From: an uncultured Acidimicrobiia bacterium
GTDB taxonomy: Bacteria > Acidobacteriota > Terriglobia > Versatilivoradales > Versatilivoraceae
Assembly: GCA_963786955.1 (NCBI GenBank)
Contig: CAWBAT010000003.1
Span: 192,001 to 256,000, forward strand
DNA length: 64,000 nucleotides
Direction: 5' to 3'
Part shown: positions 22,541 through 34,590 of the stretch, one piece after another
Numbering within the stretch: position 1 is the stretch's first letter
Layout: each line of letters opens with the position of its first letter
Made by a program: the position numbers and the translations under genes
The notes under the pieces: generated by a model
Seen by the model: only the letters and a program-made list of their open reading frames with translations
The model's database searches: none
What the model was told of the DNA's origin: nothing

Positions 22541-24412
22541 TCATGATTCGATTGATCGCTTGACTGCCGTCATCGGGGGTACCAGTCTCATCTGTCGAAT
22601 CATGTCTTGGACCCTTGGGTCGGCTCGCAGAGAGTCGTATGTTGGATACACGTTCAGGTAAGCCAGAGGACATTCCCGCTCGTTGAACGCTTTTTTGAGC
22701 CAGGTATAAGCCTCATCCGGCTTATTAAGTGCGTTATTCAAGAGTGCGAACGTCACCGAGGGAACGTGACGTTCTAGAGAAAGCTGTAGCAATTCCTCTT
22801 TGAGGAGCTCCGCTTTCTCCTGGTCTCCCATGATGGCGTAACAGTGGGCCAGAATCCCGGTTACATACGGGAGGTCCCCTGATAATGCCCTGGCTTTTTG
22901 AAAATATTGCAGTGCTTCACGGAACATTCCCAATTGCATGTAAGATCGTCCTAAGCCTGTGTAGAAATGGTAATAATTGGGATCCAGACATACGCCCTTC
23001 TGGAACTGCTCAATGGCCTGCTCGTACTCGCGTCTGTGGATCAACACAAAGCCAACGCTGCAGTTAATGAGATGAGAAAGAGGATCTACAAACAAAGCAT
23101 GCTGGATATGTTGCAGGGCCTCATCCACTCGCCCCAAAGGTAAGAGGTAGTCGGTTGCATACCAGTGTTGCGCTTCCACGTTCCCATACGAGGAAGACTC
23201 CAGAGCTTGCCAATAATGCCGCTCGGCCGCTTCCCAATCCCAGTCATAGACTGACCGCACAAAACCGAGTGCCATATGGGATTCGGGGACATGTGGATCC
23301 AACTCGATTGCCTTGAGAGCTGCGGCCCTGACTTTCGGCATGATGTCATGGGGTCGGTGCAAGCCTTTGTGTGCCAGCAAACTGAAGGATTCCGCCAATC
23401 CCCCATAGGCTGCTGCATAATCTGGGTCTACCTCAGTAGCTTGATGAAAGAATTCTATAGATTTCTTGATTCCTTCTTCTGTTCGTTTGCGGCAGTAAAA
23501 CCGCCCTTTGAGATAAATATGATAGGCATCTAAATTCAGACTGGCACGGGGCAAAGAAGAACCGCCCGGCTGGTAGAGGTGCCTCAGAGTATTCACAATC
23601 GTATTGGAAATCTCATCCTGAATAGCAAAAACGTCTTTCATCTCTCTTTCGAAGGTTTTCGACAAAAGATGGTAGCCATCCGCGGCGTTGATGAGTTGGG
23701 CCGTGATCCGAAGTCGGTCACCGGCTTTCCGTACACTCCCTTCCAAAACCGTCTGAACATTCAGTTGTTCGCCCAATTTTCGGACATCGTAGGCTTTCCC
23801 TTTGAATTGAAAAACTGAGGTGCGTGCGACAACGCTCATACCCTCAACTTTACCCAGAGCGTGAATTATTTCTTCAGTCAACCCATCGCTAAAGTATTCG
23901 TTCTCACTGTCGGAGCTCAAATTCACGAAGGGCAATACGGCGATGGTTTTCAAATGGGGCTTCGGTGCGTGCGACAAAGGATGTGCCGTTTGCACTCCTG
24001 GTAAGTCCTGTACGTTTGCCTCGAAACAAGGGATATAGCTTCCTTTGGGCAGATTGAAACGGATGGGATCGGTCCCACCCTCAACCTCATAGTACTCTTT
24101 GAGTTTCAGGCGAAGGCGCCGAGCCTCGCCGCGCACCACCGGATCGGTTCTGGGGTCGAAAGATTCCCCACGGTCAAAGACCTCTATCCCGATCGAGTAT
24201 TCCTTGAGCCGGTCTCCATGCCCCCCCAAAGTCTGTTCAACAATAAATTTCAGGAAGCGGCTCATCCGTTCTGACCGGATGAACCCCGCACTGGCCATAA
24301 CCTTTCTGAGCTGCTTTTGGATTGCTTCGTCACTGAGCGCTGCCCCACGGCTTGAACTCGATGACTTATCCGCGGGCTCAGGGCCTTCGAATTGGGTATC
24401 AGGCTTTGGCAT
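22541..24412 (-). CDS. TolB-like + TPR protein with N-terminal wHTH-like domain (putative regulator)
   Basis: LKEYSIGIEVFDR...DPVVRGEARRLRLKL; IAVLPFVNLS...EYFSDGLTEEII; TPR C-terminus. Confidence 0.85.
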   Translation of the reverse strand: MPKPDTQFEGPEPADKSSSSSRGAALSDEAIQKQLRKVMASAGFIRSERMSRFLKFIVEQTLGGHGDRLKEYSIGIEVFDRGESFDPRTDPVVRGEARRLRLKLKEYYEVEGGTDPIRFNLPKGSYIPCFEANVQDLPGVQTAHPLSHAPKPHLKTIAVLPFVNLSSDSENEYFSDGLTEEIIHALGKVEGMSVVARTSVFQFKGKAYDVRKLGEQLNVQTVLEGSVRKAGDRLRITAQLINAADGYHLLSKTFEREMKDVFAIQDEISNTIVNTLRHLYQPGGSSLPRASLNLDAYHIYLKGRFYCRKRTEEGIKKSIEFFHQATEVDPDYAAAYGGLAESFSLLAHKGLHRPHDIMPKVRAAALKAIELDPHVPESHMALGFVRSVYDWDWEAAERHYWQALESSSYGNVEAQHWYATDYLLPLGRVDEALQHIQHALFVDPLSHLINCSVGFVLIHRREYEQAIEQFQKGVCLDPNYYHFYTGLGRSYMQLGMFREALQYFQKARALSGDLPYVTGILAHCYAIMGDQEKAELLKEELLQLSLERHVPSVTFALLNNALNKPDEAYTWLKKAFNERECPLAYLNVYPTYDSLRADPRVQDMIRQMRLVPPMTAVKRSIES

Positions 24413-24622
24413 TTCTGTTTTCCCCCGATTCTCTCTCTATTCACTTTAACTTAGTTATCCAGATGGATTCAAGCTTCTCACTACCGTGTCACACCGTGCA
24501 ATTACCGGGTCACACTTACTTGACTTCAATTTTTGAGCCAATCTAGCTGTTGAGGGCAGCGCGCGGCCTGCCCTCAAGCCCTCAATTGATGAAGGCCAGT
24601 TTTTCACAAATAGGAGATAACA

Positions 24623-26125
24623 ATGAGAAAACCAATACGAATACAAACGCATGAAGCAAAGTTACACTTTCAGTCATCTTCGAATTGTTCCCCCTCACCC
24701 GGCTCGCCGTCCGGCGGACCGCTCTCTCCCCAAGGGAGAAAGGCTGGGGGTGAGAGGACAATTGTCACAAAACTTACTGCTTCTGTATTAGTCCGATGTC
24801 TCGTGGTTATCGCTGGGGCGATGTTCCACCTCCCTTCTGCTCTGGCGGAGAGTCACGAAGTCCTAAATCCTGCCAGCGCGTCTTTGCTCGAGCGGGCTGG
24901 TGAACTCAACGGCTCAGCCGAGCGACTGAAAGCCGAAGGTCGCTATATGGAAAGTGAGCCTCTCTATCGAGAAGCGCTCGATCTCTTTCGGCAGGTCAAT
25001 AGGGAAGAAGATCCCAACACGGCTGACGCCTTAAATAATCTTGCCGAGCTCTGCCGGATCCAGAATCGATGGGAAGAGGCGAACCGCCTTTACCAGCAAG
25101 CCCTATTCATCATTGAGAAAACTTTGGGTGCTGAGCATCCCTCTGTAGCCACAACACTCAATAACTGGGGGCAACTTCTGGTCGCGAAAGCAGACTATGA
25201 AAAGGCCGAACCGGCCTATCTCAAATCATTGAAGATCTGGAAAATGACTTTGGGACCCAAACACCCCTATGTGGCAACAGGGTTAAATAATCTGGCTGAA
25301 ATGTATCGAATCCAGGGACGCTACAAAGAGGCAGAGTCGCTCTACAAACAGTCCTTGGAAATCCGCAAGGAATCCCCTGAGCTCGACGAAACCGCGACGG
25401 CGGCTACACTCAATAACTTGGGGCTGTTGTATTTTCATCTAGGCCAATATGGTCAAAGTGAACGGTTGCTCCGCCAGGCACTCACCATACGAGAAAGACT
25501 GCTCGGTCGGTGCCATCCCGATGTTGCCTCCAGCTTGAGCAATTTGGCGGAACTGCTTCGAGTTCAGAACCGGCATACCCGTCCAGAGCCACTTTACCGG
25601 AGAGCCCTGCAGATTTGGGAAATGACCTTGGGACAAGACGATCCCAAAGTAGCGCTCTGCCTTTCCAATCTAGCCGCCTGGTACCTGGGTGAAGGAAAGG
25701 CAGGGAAAGCCATCCCCTTGTTGGAGCGGTCCCGTTCGATTCGGGAGAGAGTACTGGGACCCGATCACCCGGAGGTAGCGGGTAGTTTAAGCACCCTGGC
25801 TGCCGCCTATTATTCTTTCCGGCAAACAGTCCAAGCAGAGCAGCTCCTCGTCCGCGCGTTGGCCATCCGGGAGAAAGCGTTGGGTCCGAATCATCCCGAT
25901 GTAGCCCGGAACCAGGTTTCTCTTGCCACGATCTATTGTGGCCAACACCGTTACACCGAAGCGCAGGAATTACTGCAGCAGGCCACATCCAATTTGGAAA
26001 AAAGTTTGACTGCCGATAACCCTGAAGCCAGAGCGTGTCTGCAGCAATATGCCGCGGTACTTCGTAAGACCCATCAAAGTGGTGACACCGGGACCATGAA
26101 TGGAATGGCTAAAACCTTACGATGA
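24623..26125 (+). CDS. Secreted TPR protein (kinesin-light-chain-type 42-aa repeats)
   Basis: Repeats LG.HP.VA..LNNLA.LY; true start probably downstream (~24760) because the 5' end translates a palindromic repeat. Confidence 0.85.
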   Translation: MRKPIRIQTHEAKLHFQSSSNCSPSPGSPSGGPLSPQGRKAGGERTIVTKLTASVLVRCLVVIAGAMFHLPSALAESHEVLNPASASLLERAGELNGSAERLKAEGRYMESEPLYREALDLFRQVNREEDPNTADALNNLAELCRIQNRWEEANRLYQQALFIIEKTLGAEHPSVATTLNNWGQLLVAKADYEKAEPAYLKSLKIWKMTLGPKHPYVATGLNNLAEMYRIQGRYKEAESLYKQSLEIRKESPELDETATAATLNNLGLLYFHLGQYGQSERLLRQALTIRERLLGRCHPDVASSLSNLAELLRVQNRHTRPEPLYRRALQIWEMTLGQDDPKVALCLSNLAAWYLGEGKAGKAIPLLERSRSIRERVLGPDHPEVAGSLSTLAAAYYSFRQTVQAEQLLVRALAIREKALGPNHPDVARNQVSLATIYCGQHRYTEAQELLQQATSNLEKSLTADNPEARACLQQYAAVLRKTHQSGDTGTMNGMAKTLR

Positions 26126-26305
26126 GAGATTCCCAAACCAAGAGATATGGGCTGAGAGGGCTATTCGACTCGGACGATACCTTGCTGCTGGCAGGAACTG
26201 TTTTCACCAAACGGACCACCGCTATGCGGCTCACTTTTTCATGCATTTGATTATCCCTTGGCTCGCTCTAGAAACAGTCCTTTGCAGCTTATTTCCAAAG
26301 CCTCT

Positions 26306-26372
26306 CCCCGCAGATGACGCAGATTCCGCAAGAAAACCATTTGACGGAGAATCGGCGCCATCTGTGGGTGAA
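26306..26372 (+). repeat. CGCAGAT-family repeat copy
   Basis: CCCCGCAGATGACGCAGATTCCGCA...ATCGGCGCCATCTGTGGG, homologous to copies at 34278, 36016, 36167, 36729 and 36901. Confidence 0.75.
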
Positions 26373-26453
26373 TAGTTTTCTTAGTGGTTAAACGATTGGG
26401 GGGTTATCACTAGTGCCTTGACTTAGCTCTAGATCCGTTCAACTGCTATGGCC

Positions 26454-28060
26454 TTAGCTGATTGAGGTGAGCTGCCGCCCTCGATTCGCTTCGTCCAGGA
26501 GGCGGAGACCTTCCAGGATAAGCTGGGTGTTGCTGCAGCCGATCTGCTCACCGAAAGGTTGGGGTGAAGATTGGAATTCAAAGCGGGCTTTCTGGATGTT
26601 GAGTATTTCAAAGAAAGCCATCTCCGCTCTTTTCCCTTGGTAGATCGCATCTACGATCCTTCCTAAATTGAAGAAGACGATTCCTAGGTGGCCCTCGGCA
26701 CTCAAGACCAATTTCCCACTCTTTCGCCCGTTAGCCAGGATCTGGAGAACATCGAGCAACTCAATCTCTGAGAGATCGCCACGGAAGGCGGCGCTGTCCC
26801 GTTTGAGCTGTCAAAAGCCCCTGGGGATTTTGTGGTTTCAGCTTCATTGAGAGATTGCGTCGTCCAGAGTGTTGGGCTGAGAGTGGCCTCAATGACTCCG
26901 ATGCCCACCGTGACAGGCTTTCCCGAGTCTGTCGTGATGGTATTCTCTACAATCTGTTTGATATTATTCATGATCTGCTGGGCCCGTTCTTTCGGGACGT
27001 TAGGCAAAATCATGCCGAATTCTTCGTTCCCGGTTCTCCCCACCACGCTTCCCTTGCGTACATGCGTCTTGACCAGAAATCCTACCTTGTGAAGAACTGT
27101 TTCAGCGGCGGTCTGGCCCTGGGTCATGACGATATCCTGGAAATCATTGACGTAGAGCAGACCGAGACAGAGCGGGTAATTTTGCTGATTGGCATTGCGC
27201 ATTTCTACCGCTAGCCTTTCTTCGAAAAACTGAGGGGATTCCAGGCCGGTGAGCTGATCTTTCAGTTCCCGAGTCTGGGCCTCGTTGAAATGCCGGGCAT
27301 TCTGAAGTGCCACTGCGGTATGTCCGGCAACTGTTGACGAGCAAGGAAATTTCTTCTGGCGTTCCAGGAATTCTCTTCCTGGCAGCTGTGAATCATAATC
27401 ATGCCGATTTGGGTGGATTTGTAGATTAAGGGACAGACGAGAATCGAATTGAACAGAAAAAAATTCCAAAATTTCTCGTTGAAAGCAAACAATGGAGAAG
27501 TTTGAATTTTCTCAAACGAGATGGTGTCTTTAGCTTCCGAAATCAACTGCCAGAGGATCGTATTCAGCTTTCAATTTTTCCCAAGGGCATGGAGAGATTG
27601 TTTTTCGGCAGAGACGTATGTTGGGTCTCTTCCCATTCGCTCGGACTCGGGCACCCAGATCAAGCAACGATCTCCCGAATCGTTTTTAGAAGGCCGGAGG
27701 TCGAAACCTCCAAGACATCTTGATAATCCCGGGTGTCATAAATCTCGCGAACGATTGAGTCGATCCTGGCAATGAATTCCCTTTTGTGAAGATCGGGCTG
27801 AATTCCGTTTGTTGGATTCGGTCGGTCGCCAATTCTGTGCGGATCTCATTCATTTCATTCTCAAGTTGGCTGACTTGCTCCGATTTTCCCGTATCCCGAT
27901 AAATTTTTTGCAGGGTTTCCTTGGCAGGCAGGTACCTGGGATGCTTCTTGTTGAGGGTGCTCAAGATCTCAACCGCTTGGGAATAACACTCATACTTTAC
28001 GGCAATCTCGGCGAGAATCATTGCATCGAGAATTTCCGGATCTACAGTTTGAGTAGCCAT
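26454..28060 (-). CDS. TPR-like + GAF + degenerate GGDEF + DUF4388 (PatA-N-like) signalling protein; frameshifted
   Basis: AVALQNARHF...KDQLTGL; GRTGNEEF in place of GGDEF; C-terminal LLDVLQILANGRKSGKL...LILEGLRLLDEA. Confidence 0.75.
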
Positions 28061-28468
28061 CGCTTGACCACGATTCTATTGATACAAAATTGACTCATCT
28101 ACCCCGCCGAAGTCGAAGAATCATGGGCAGGGCTCATATCTATTTCAGTTTGGTCCTCTAAACTGGTTCCAACGCTCTACATCCGAGATATCGGCCAGAG
28201 CGGTTAATGGCTTTAATATGTTCATCCTTGGAGGAACTCCGGTTGCTGGCGGAGAAACGAATCTCTGGGAAATTAGAGTGCCAGTTATAGCATGGTGAAT
28301 TCAGATTTCAATTGTTTTGCGTTGCAGCGGTCTTGTCGCTCAGATGGTTTCAACAAAACGTGTCGAAATGCTCCGGCCTGCGTCCGTCAAACGCAAACCT
28401 ACACGCAGATGTCCGGCGATATACCGGGTCGATCGCTCCATGTGCCGATGCCTCCGAACCTGACTCGT

Positions 28469-29030
28469 TTACTTTGGGTGAGAGGCAATAAAGTTCAAGG
28501 CGAAATTTTTGAGGGTTGGGCTGGTGAGTCCGATCCGGGTAGCTTCATCGAGGGCCCTCTCTTTGGGCCAGCCTTGTTCTAAGACTCTGTAGATCATCCA
28601 GAAAGCGCCCACCCGATTGGCGCTGGCGCAATGAATGAGCATAGGCTGGAAGGACTTGTTTTTCACCACCGTCAGAAATTCAGTGACTTGTCCAGGGGTG
28701 GGAGCACTCGGAAATGACCGGGATATTGAGGTATCGTAGGCCGGCTTTTTCAACGGCATTCTTCTCTTCCTCAAGGTTAACTCCCTCCTGAGCGGTGCGG
28801 AGATTTAATACGGACCGAAAACCGTCGGACGCAAGTTTTGCATAGGCGTTGATGGAGGGTTGGCCCCCGGTCGCGAAATTCGGTCCCACACACAAGACAT
28901 GGGGGATGTCTTCCTTTAGGGTCTGTTCCAACTCTGCCATTCTTTTTTGTTCTTGCGGTGAATCTTCTGCATAGACAGGACATGGAATGGGCAAGATCAA
29001 TGTAAGCAATACGATCGCAAGTCGGATCAT
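28469..29030 (-). CDS. Exported DUF442/BLH-type PTP-fold sulfurtransferase-like protein; frameshift near 28700
   Basis: Signal peptide; ATGGQP...GFRSVLNLR; HCASANRVG (CX4R) loop. Confidence 0.8.
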
Positions 29031-29216
29031 GAGGCCTCCTTTGCCGATGACATGATACCTTTGAAAAACCACAGAGCGCGCGGGGCAACTACCCCTGCCA
29101 TTTCGAACCACCATTCAATTCCCTCTGATTTGAAGATAACACTTTCCTCTTGAAAATCCACTTGATAGGGGACCTTCAACGGAGTAGATTCAACATTCTT
29201 TTTCTCGAGGAATATT

Positions 29217-30343
29217 ATGTCCCGTTCTGATATCAACCTCCAATCACGTTGTACTCAGCTCGAAAATGCCCTTGATTTCGCACAATGCCAGCTCAAGAAT
29301 TTAATCGAGGGACAACCCGATTTCTTTCCAATGTACACAGTAAATGGAAAGTGGCGGCACGGAGGGGAATATTGGACAAACTGGTGCGAGGGATTCCTAC
29401 CGGGGATTCTTTGGATTCTCTTCCAACTCACTGGAAATCGTTATTGGCGAAACAAGGCGGAGCATTACAGCCTGCTATTGGAATCACGCAAAAATGACCG
29501 GAACGTCCACGACCTCGGATTTGTTTTCCATTCATCTTACGGCCGCTGGTACGGTCTAACTCAGGATCCGGAATTGCGGGAAACCTTGATTCAGGCCGGC
29601 CGGACGCTGGCGTTGCGCTTCCAGCCGAAAGGCCAGTACCTCTGTTCTTTCTTGGGAACGGAGTCTCTGTTCATTGACATCATGATGAATGTGGGGATTA
29701 TCTTTTGGGTAGCGGAAAAAACCCAGGATGATCGTCTTTGGGATATTGCCACCTGCCATTGCCGGACCTCTCAACAGTACCTCGTTCATTCTGACGGAAG
29801 CACGGTTCACGAAGCGATCTTCGATCCCGCTCGAGGAGTCTTTCTGCGTGAAAGTACTCAGCAGGGGCTTCGCCCCAATTCCTGTTGGTCACGAGGATTG
29901 TGTTGGGCGTTATACGGGTTTGGCACAGCCTACCAATTCACGCCGCGACCCTTCCTTTCTGGAAACAGCCGAACTCTGCGCGGGCTATTATCTCCGCCAT
30001 GTTCTAGAAGACTGGGTTCCCTATTGGGATTTCCATGTACCCGCAGGTCCAGATTCCCTCTGGGACAGTTCCGCCGCTGCTATTGCGGCTTCCGGATTGT
30101 GGAACTTAGCGGCACTACTCTCCAGATCGGGAGAAGTCACACCAATATCGCAATGCCGCCTTTGAAATCCTGGATAGACTGACGTCGGCTCAGTTTCTAG
30201 CGCGTGGCCACGCAGGTCAAGAGGGCATCCTTCTTCACGGCGTTTACCATTATCATAAGAAGTTAGGCGTCGATGAGTCGGTCATGTGGGGAGAACATTT
30301 CTTGATGGAAGCGTTGCAAAAAGCGCTCAATGCGTTACGGTAA
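29217..30343 (+). CDS. Glycoside hydrolase family 88 (unsaturated glucuronyl hydrolase); frameshifted
   Basis: WCEGFLPG, HDLGF, IDIMMN, WSRGLCWALYGF, PYWDF, DSSAAAIAASG across ORFs 29217 and 29728 plus the tail. Confidence 0.88.
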
Positions 30344-30451
30344 CGACATAATAGGGTCAAGGATCAAGCTGCAACGGTCAAGGATCGAGGCGCGAGGAAG
30401 CTAGATTTTATTCCTCTAAGAGCATGTTGTGCTGGTTCGCCTCCTGGCTTT

Positions 30452-31922
30452 GTGGAATCTGAGAAAGCAGTCTTGAAAAGATACTTTCATTATCAATCAC
30501 TGGAAGAGTTGGCAGCCGAAATCAAAAAGCTGCAGCTTCCCATTCCATTGGAAGGCGATCCCGAAAAGGTCAAACAAATTCTCAGCCGACCTGTCCGCGT
30601 CGGCACATTTTCCATTGGGAACTCACTGGCGATCCATCCCATGGAGGGGTGTGATGGGACGTCGGGCGGACGGCCTGATGAATTAACGTTTCGCCGTTAT
30701 GAGCGCTTTGGCCGTGGTGGAGCGAAGCTGATCTGGTTTGAAGCAACGGCGGTCGTTCCTGAGGGGCGCGCCAATCCGAGGCAGTTACTCCTCACGGAAG
30801 ACAATGCAGGGTCATTCGAAGAACTTCTCACTCATACCCGCCGGGTGCACCAAGAGATGTATCAGGATTCTGAAAATCTCCTCGAAGTCTTGCAATTAAC
30901 TCATTCCGGCCGATACAGTCATCCTCTCCCTCTCATTATTCAGCGCCATCCGGTCCTAGACGGGCTCACCTTCCTGGATCGCCGAAAATCAATCAAGATT
31001 CCCGCGGACTATCCTGTTTTGAGCGATGATTATCTGGAACAGCTGGAAGACCATTTTGTTGAAGCAGCCCGAATTGCCAAGAAAATCGGATTCAAAGCTG
31101 TCGATCTCAAACTAACCCATGGGTACCTCGGAAACGAGTTGCTCGGTGCGAGAACTCGCCCGGGAAAGTATGGAGGCTCCCTGGAGAATCGCAGCCGATT
31201 TGCGCGAAATGTTGTTTCGAAAATTCGCAGCGAGTGTGGGCCGGATTTATTGATCGCGACTCGATTGGGTGTGCACGATAGCGTGCCCTTTCGAGCTGGA
31301 TTCTCAGACTCGGTGCGGAAAACCCAGAGCCTATCCGCTTCCATACGATTATGGGTTTGGAGTTTCAAAGGAGAATCCACTGGCTCCTGACTTAAACGAA
31401 CCCCTGGATCTGATTCGAATGCTGAAGGAGCAGGGGGTGGCGCTCTTTAATATTTCCCTGGGTAATCCCTACACCAATCCGCATATCGGCCGGCCATTTG
31501 AAAAGCCAGACGAGGGAAATTACTGGCCCCCAGAACATCCACTCATTGGCGTTGCGCGACATTTCGAGATCTGCGCCCAATTGCAGCAAGCATTCCCCGC
31601 ATTGACTTTTGTTGGGACTGGATACAGTTGGCTTCAACACTTCCAAATCAATGCCGGTGCAGCCAATATTCGAGACGGGCGCGTGAGTCTGATGGGTGTC
31701 GGACGAGGAGCCCTGGCTTACCCGGAATTCGCGAGGGATGCCCTGACCAAAGGGGTGCTCGATCCCGCTCGGACTTGTAAGACCCTGACCTTCTGTACCT
31801 ACCTCATGCGCCAGAAAAATCATCCCCTTGGGCAATTTCCTACCGGGTGCCCACCCTTTGATAAAGAAGTCTATGGCCCCATTGTGAAAGAGGCGAGGAA
31901 GATTCAGAAGGGACGAACTTAG
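30452..31922 (+). CDS. NADH:flavin oxidoreductase (Old Yellow Enzyme family); frameshift near 31310
   Basis: IHPMEGCD, GGAKLIWFEATAV, QLTHSGRYS, HGYLGNELL, YGGSLENRSRF, GVGRGALAYP. Confidence 0.9.
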
Positions 31923-32181
31923 CCACTACTGTGCTGTCTAAGCCGTCAGGTGACAATGGAGGGGCGGTATGGTGACATTTCTTTTCAATCTCTACGCCGA
32001 GATAAATTGTCTTTCCCTGGATGGCCCGAAACCAAAGTATACTTGCCAGGGGAGATTCCAGATTGGAAGAAAGCAGCCTTCAAACTACGTAACGGGGTAT
32101 CGTGCCCGCGCCTGAAGCGCCCCTTCCCCCTTTGTTGACGGCTTAGCTGGATCGGGCGATCTGATAAAGAGGAGAGATGCC

Positions 32182-32481
32182 ATGCATCCAATGACAGACG
32201 AAATTCTGAAAAAACTCGAATCGCACCGGCACGACCTGAAAGCTTATGGAGTCCGAAGCTTGGGACTCTTCGGCTCATACGCGCGCGGGGAACAAAGAGA
32301 GGGAAGTGACGTAGACTTCGTAGTCGACTTCGAGAGAAAATCTTTCGACGCCTATATGGATCTGAAGAGTTACCTAGAGAATCTCTTGGGCTGCGGGGTT
32401 GATCTGGTGATTAGCGACACAATCAAACCAAGGTTGCGCGACCCCATTCTGGCGGAGGTGCTGCATGCCCAAGGACTATAG
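32182..32481 (+). CDS. Minimal nucleotidyltransferase (MNT/MntA-like antitoxin)
   Basis: [20 protein letters not shown] motif; 99 aa. Confidence 0.92.
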   Translation: MHPMTDEILKKLESHRHDLKAYGVRSLGLFGSYARGEQREGSDVDFVVDFERKSFDAYMDLKSYLENLLGCGVDLVISDTIKPRLRDPILAEVLHAQGL

Positions 32482-32803
32482 GGTGTATCTTGACGACATG
32501 CCGGAGGCCATCGTTAAGATTCGCAAATACACAGCGGGGCTCTCGAATGAGGATTTCCGTGCGGATGAGAGGACTGTGGATGCAGTGGTTCGCAACTTAG
32601 AAGTGATCGGAGAAGCCGCCAAGCAGATTCCAGAGGAGATTCGCGAGCGAGTTCCAGAAATCGAGTGGAAAAAGATTGCTGGACTCCGCGACATCCTGAT
32701 CCACGAGTACTTTGGAGTTGACACGGAGATTATTTGGGACATCGTTGAAAATAAACTGTCTGTACACGAAAACAAGGTGCAGATCATGCTGACCAACTCA
32801 TGA
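32465..32803 (+). CDS. HEPN DUF86/HepT-like RNase toxin
   Basis: [12 protein letters not shown]; [10 protein letters not shown] (RX4HXY); overlaps the MNT gene. Confidence 0.92.
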   Translation: MPKDYRVYLDDMPEAIVKIRKYTAGLSNEDFRADERTVDAVVRNLEVIGEAAKQIPEEIRERVPEIEWKKIAGLRDILIHEYFGVDTEIIWDIVENKLSVHENKVQIMLTNS

Positions 32804-32957
32804 AAATTTCATGAAGGACAGTCATGTGAACAACTCCCAATTTGAAAGTCCGAGACGGGCGTAGTGACACAAACTCAATGCGCAACTGATCCTCCTTGAT
32901 CTTCTGCTGGCCGGATGGGAGAATGGCGGCTGAAATTTATAACCGAGGAGATCATTT

Positions 32958-34238
32958 ATGCGTTGCACTATTCAATCCATTCAAGCTATGGAAATCCTTG
33001 ATTCCCGGGGAAATCCTACGTTACGTGCCCTCGTCACCTTGGACAATGGAGTTCAAGGCTCGGCCTCGGTTCCTTCCGGCGCTTCAACCGGTGAACATGA
33101 GGCTGTGGAATTGCGCGATGGGGATAAAAAGCGTTATGGAGGCAAAGGGGTGCTCAAGGCAGTGGCGAACGTCAATGACGTCATCGCTCCCGCTCTGAAA
33201 GGAAAAGACCCGTCACGTCAATCAGAGATCGACTATCTCATGATCGAATTGGATGGGACACCCAATAAGGGAAAGCTAGGGGCTAACGCGATTCTGGGAG
33301 TTTCAATGGCTGTGAGCAGAGCGGCTTCCATCGCGGCAGACGTTCCTCTCTATGCTTATTTAGGTGGAACAGGCGCAGTGCGACTACCGGTGCCCATGAT
33401 GAACATTCTCAATGGGGGGAAGCATGCTGACAATAGTGTGGATTTTCAGGAGTTCATGGTGATGCCGATAGGGGCGCCTACTTTTGCCGAGGCCCTTCGC
33501 TATGGAGCTGAAGTTTTTCACACCCTGAAGGGCATCTTGAATAAGAAAAAGTATGCAACGGGTGTCGGAGATGAGGGAGGCTTTGCGCCCAATTTGAAAA
33601 GCGATGAAGAAGCCTGTCAATTAATTGTGACGGCCATTGAACAAGCGGGGTATCAGCCTGGCAAAGATGTGTCCATCGCGCTCGATGCCGCGGCCAGCTC
33701 AATTCTTGAGGAGGGCGCCTATCATTTTACGAAATCGGGCCAGGGAAAGAAGACCAGTGATGAGATGACTCAGCTCTTTGCGGATTGGATCCAGAAATAT
33801 CCTATTGTCTCCATCGAAGATGGGCTGGCGGAGAATGACTGGGGCGGGTTCAAGAAGCAAACCGCCGTGTTAGGTGGCAAGGTACAAATCGTGGGTGACG
33901 ACCTTTTCGTCACAAACACCCGGTTCGTCACCCGCGGCATCCAGGAAAGCTCTGCCAACGCGGTCCTTATCAAGCTCAATCAGATTGGTTCGGTCACGGA
34001 AACGATCGAAACAATTCAAATGTGCCGCAAGGCAGGCTGGGGTTATATTATTTCACATCGTTCAGGGGAGACTGAAGACGCGTTCATGGCGGATTTCGCG
34101 GTTGCTATGGGTGGGGGGCAAATCAAGACAGGATCCGCCTGCCGCAGCGAACGGATTGCGAAATACAACCGGCTCTTGGAGATTGAGGCGGAACTAGGTA
34201 AACGGGCGGTCTTTGGAAATCCTTTTCAGAAGATGTAG
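32958..34238 (+). CDS. eno: Enolase
   Basis: [50 protein letters not shown]. Confidence 0.98.
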   Translation: MRCTIQSIQAMEILDSRGNPTLRALVTLDNGVQGSASVPSGASTGEHEAVELRDGDKKRYGGKGVLKAVANVNDVIAPALKGKDPSRQSEIDYLMIELDGTPNKGKLGANAILGVSMAVSRAASIAADVPLYAYLGGTGAVRLPVPMMNILNGGKHADNSVDFQEFMVMPIGAPTFAEALRYGAEVFHTLKGILNKKKYATGVGDEGGFAPNLKSDEEACQLIVTAIEQAGYQPGKDVSIALDAAASSILEEGAYHFTKSGQGKKTSDEMTQLFADWIQKYPIVSIEDGLAENDWGGFKKQTAVLGGKVQIVGDDLFVTNTRFVTRGIQESSANAVLIKLNQIGSVTETIETIQMCRKAGWGYIISHRSGETEDAFMADFAVAMGGGQIKTGSACRSERIAKYNRLLEIEAELGKRAVFGNPFQKM

Positions 34239-34277
34239 GGCACACGACTGTGATCACATGGGCTGTCCCATTTCTTT

Positions 34278-34400
34278 CCCACAGATGGACGCAGATTTCA
34301 CAGATGATTTCTCGACGATAATGGGCGGCAACCGGAGGCTAATGGTTTTCTGAGCGGTTAAAGGATCGGAAGATAGTTAGTGCGTGCCTTGACTCAGCCG
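34278..34400 (+). repeat. CGCAGAT-family repeat copy with extended tail
   Basis: CCCACAGATGGACGCAGATTTCACAGAT...ATGGTTTTCTGAGCGGTTA, matching 36729-36850. Confidence 0.75.
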
Positions 34401-34408
34401 TTGGGTTA

Positions 34409-34590
34409 TCAGCCGACGGCGGCACGGTTGCATATCTGGCCGTCTTTCACAACAATAACGGCGAGTGCGGGCAGGTCGTGATTCTTGAAAAGAGTTTCCA
34501 GTGAGTGCGCCGTGTCGACTGGTGGTGCTGTGCCGGTGGAAGGTGGGTTGCTGAAAAAGTAATTGATGCCAAGCAACTCGACTGCGTCAT
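34409..34590 (-). pseudogene. 5' stub of a serine hydrolase/beta-lactamase-family gene
   Basis: Minus frame reads SLETLFKNHDLPALAVIVVKDGQICNRAAVG*, stopping before any SxxK motif, next to the repeat. Confidence 0.55.

Noticed and set aside
28266-28284. Possible sigma54 site TGGCACTCTAATTTC on the minus strand upstream of the GGDEF gene
   Set aside because: Lacks the invariant GC at -12.
32182-32803. MNT-HEPN pair as a novel defence system
   Set aside because: Canonical, well-described toxin-antitoxin module with no unusual partners.
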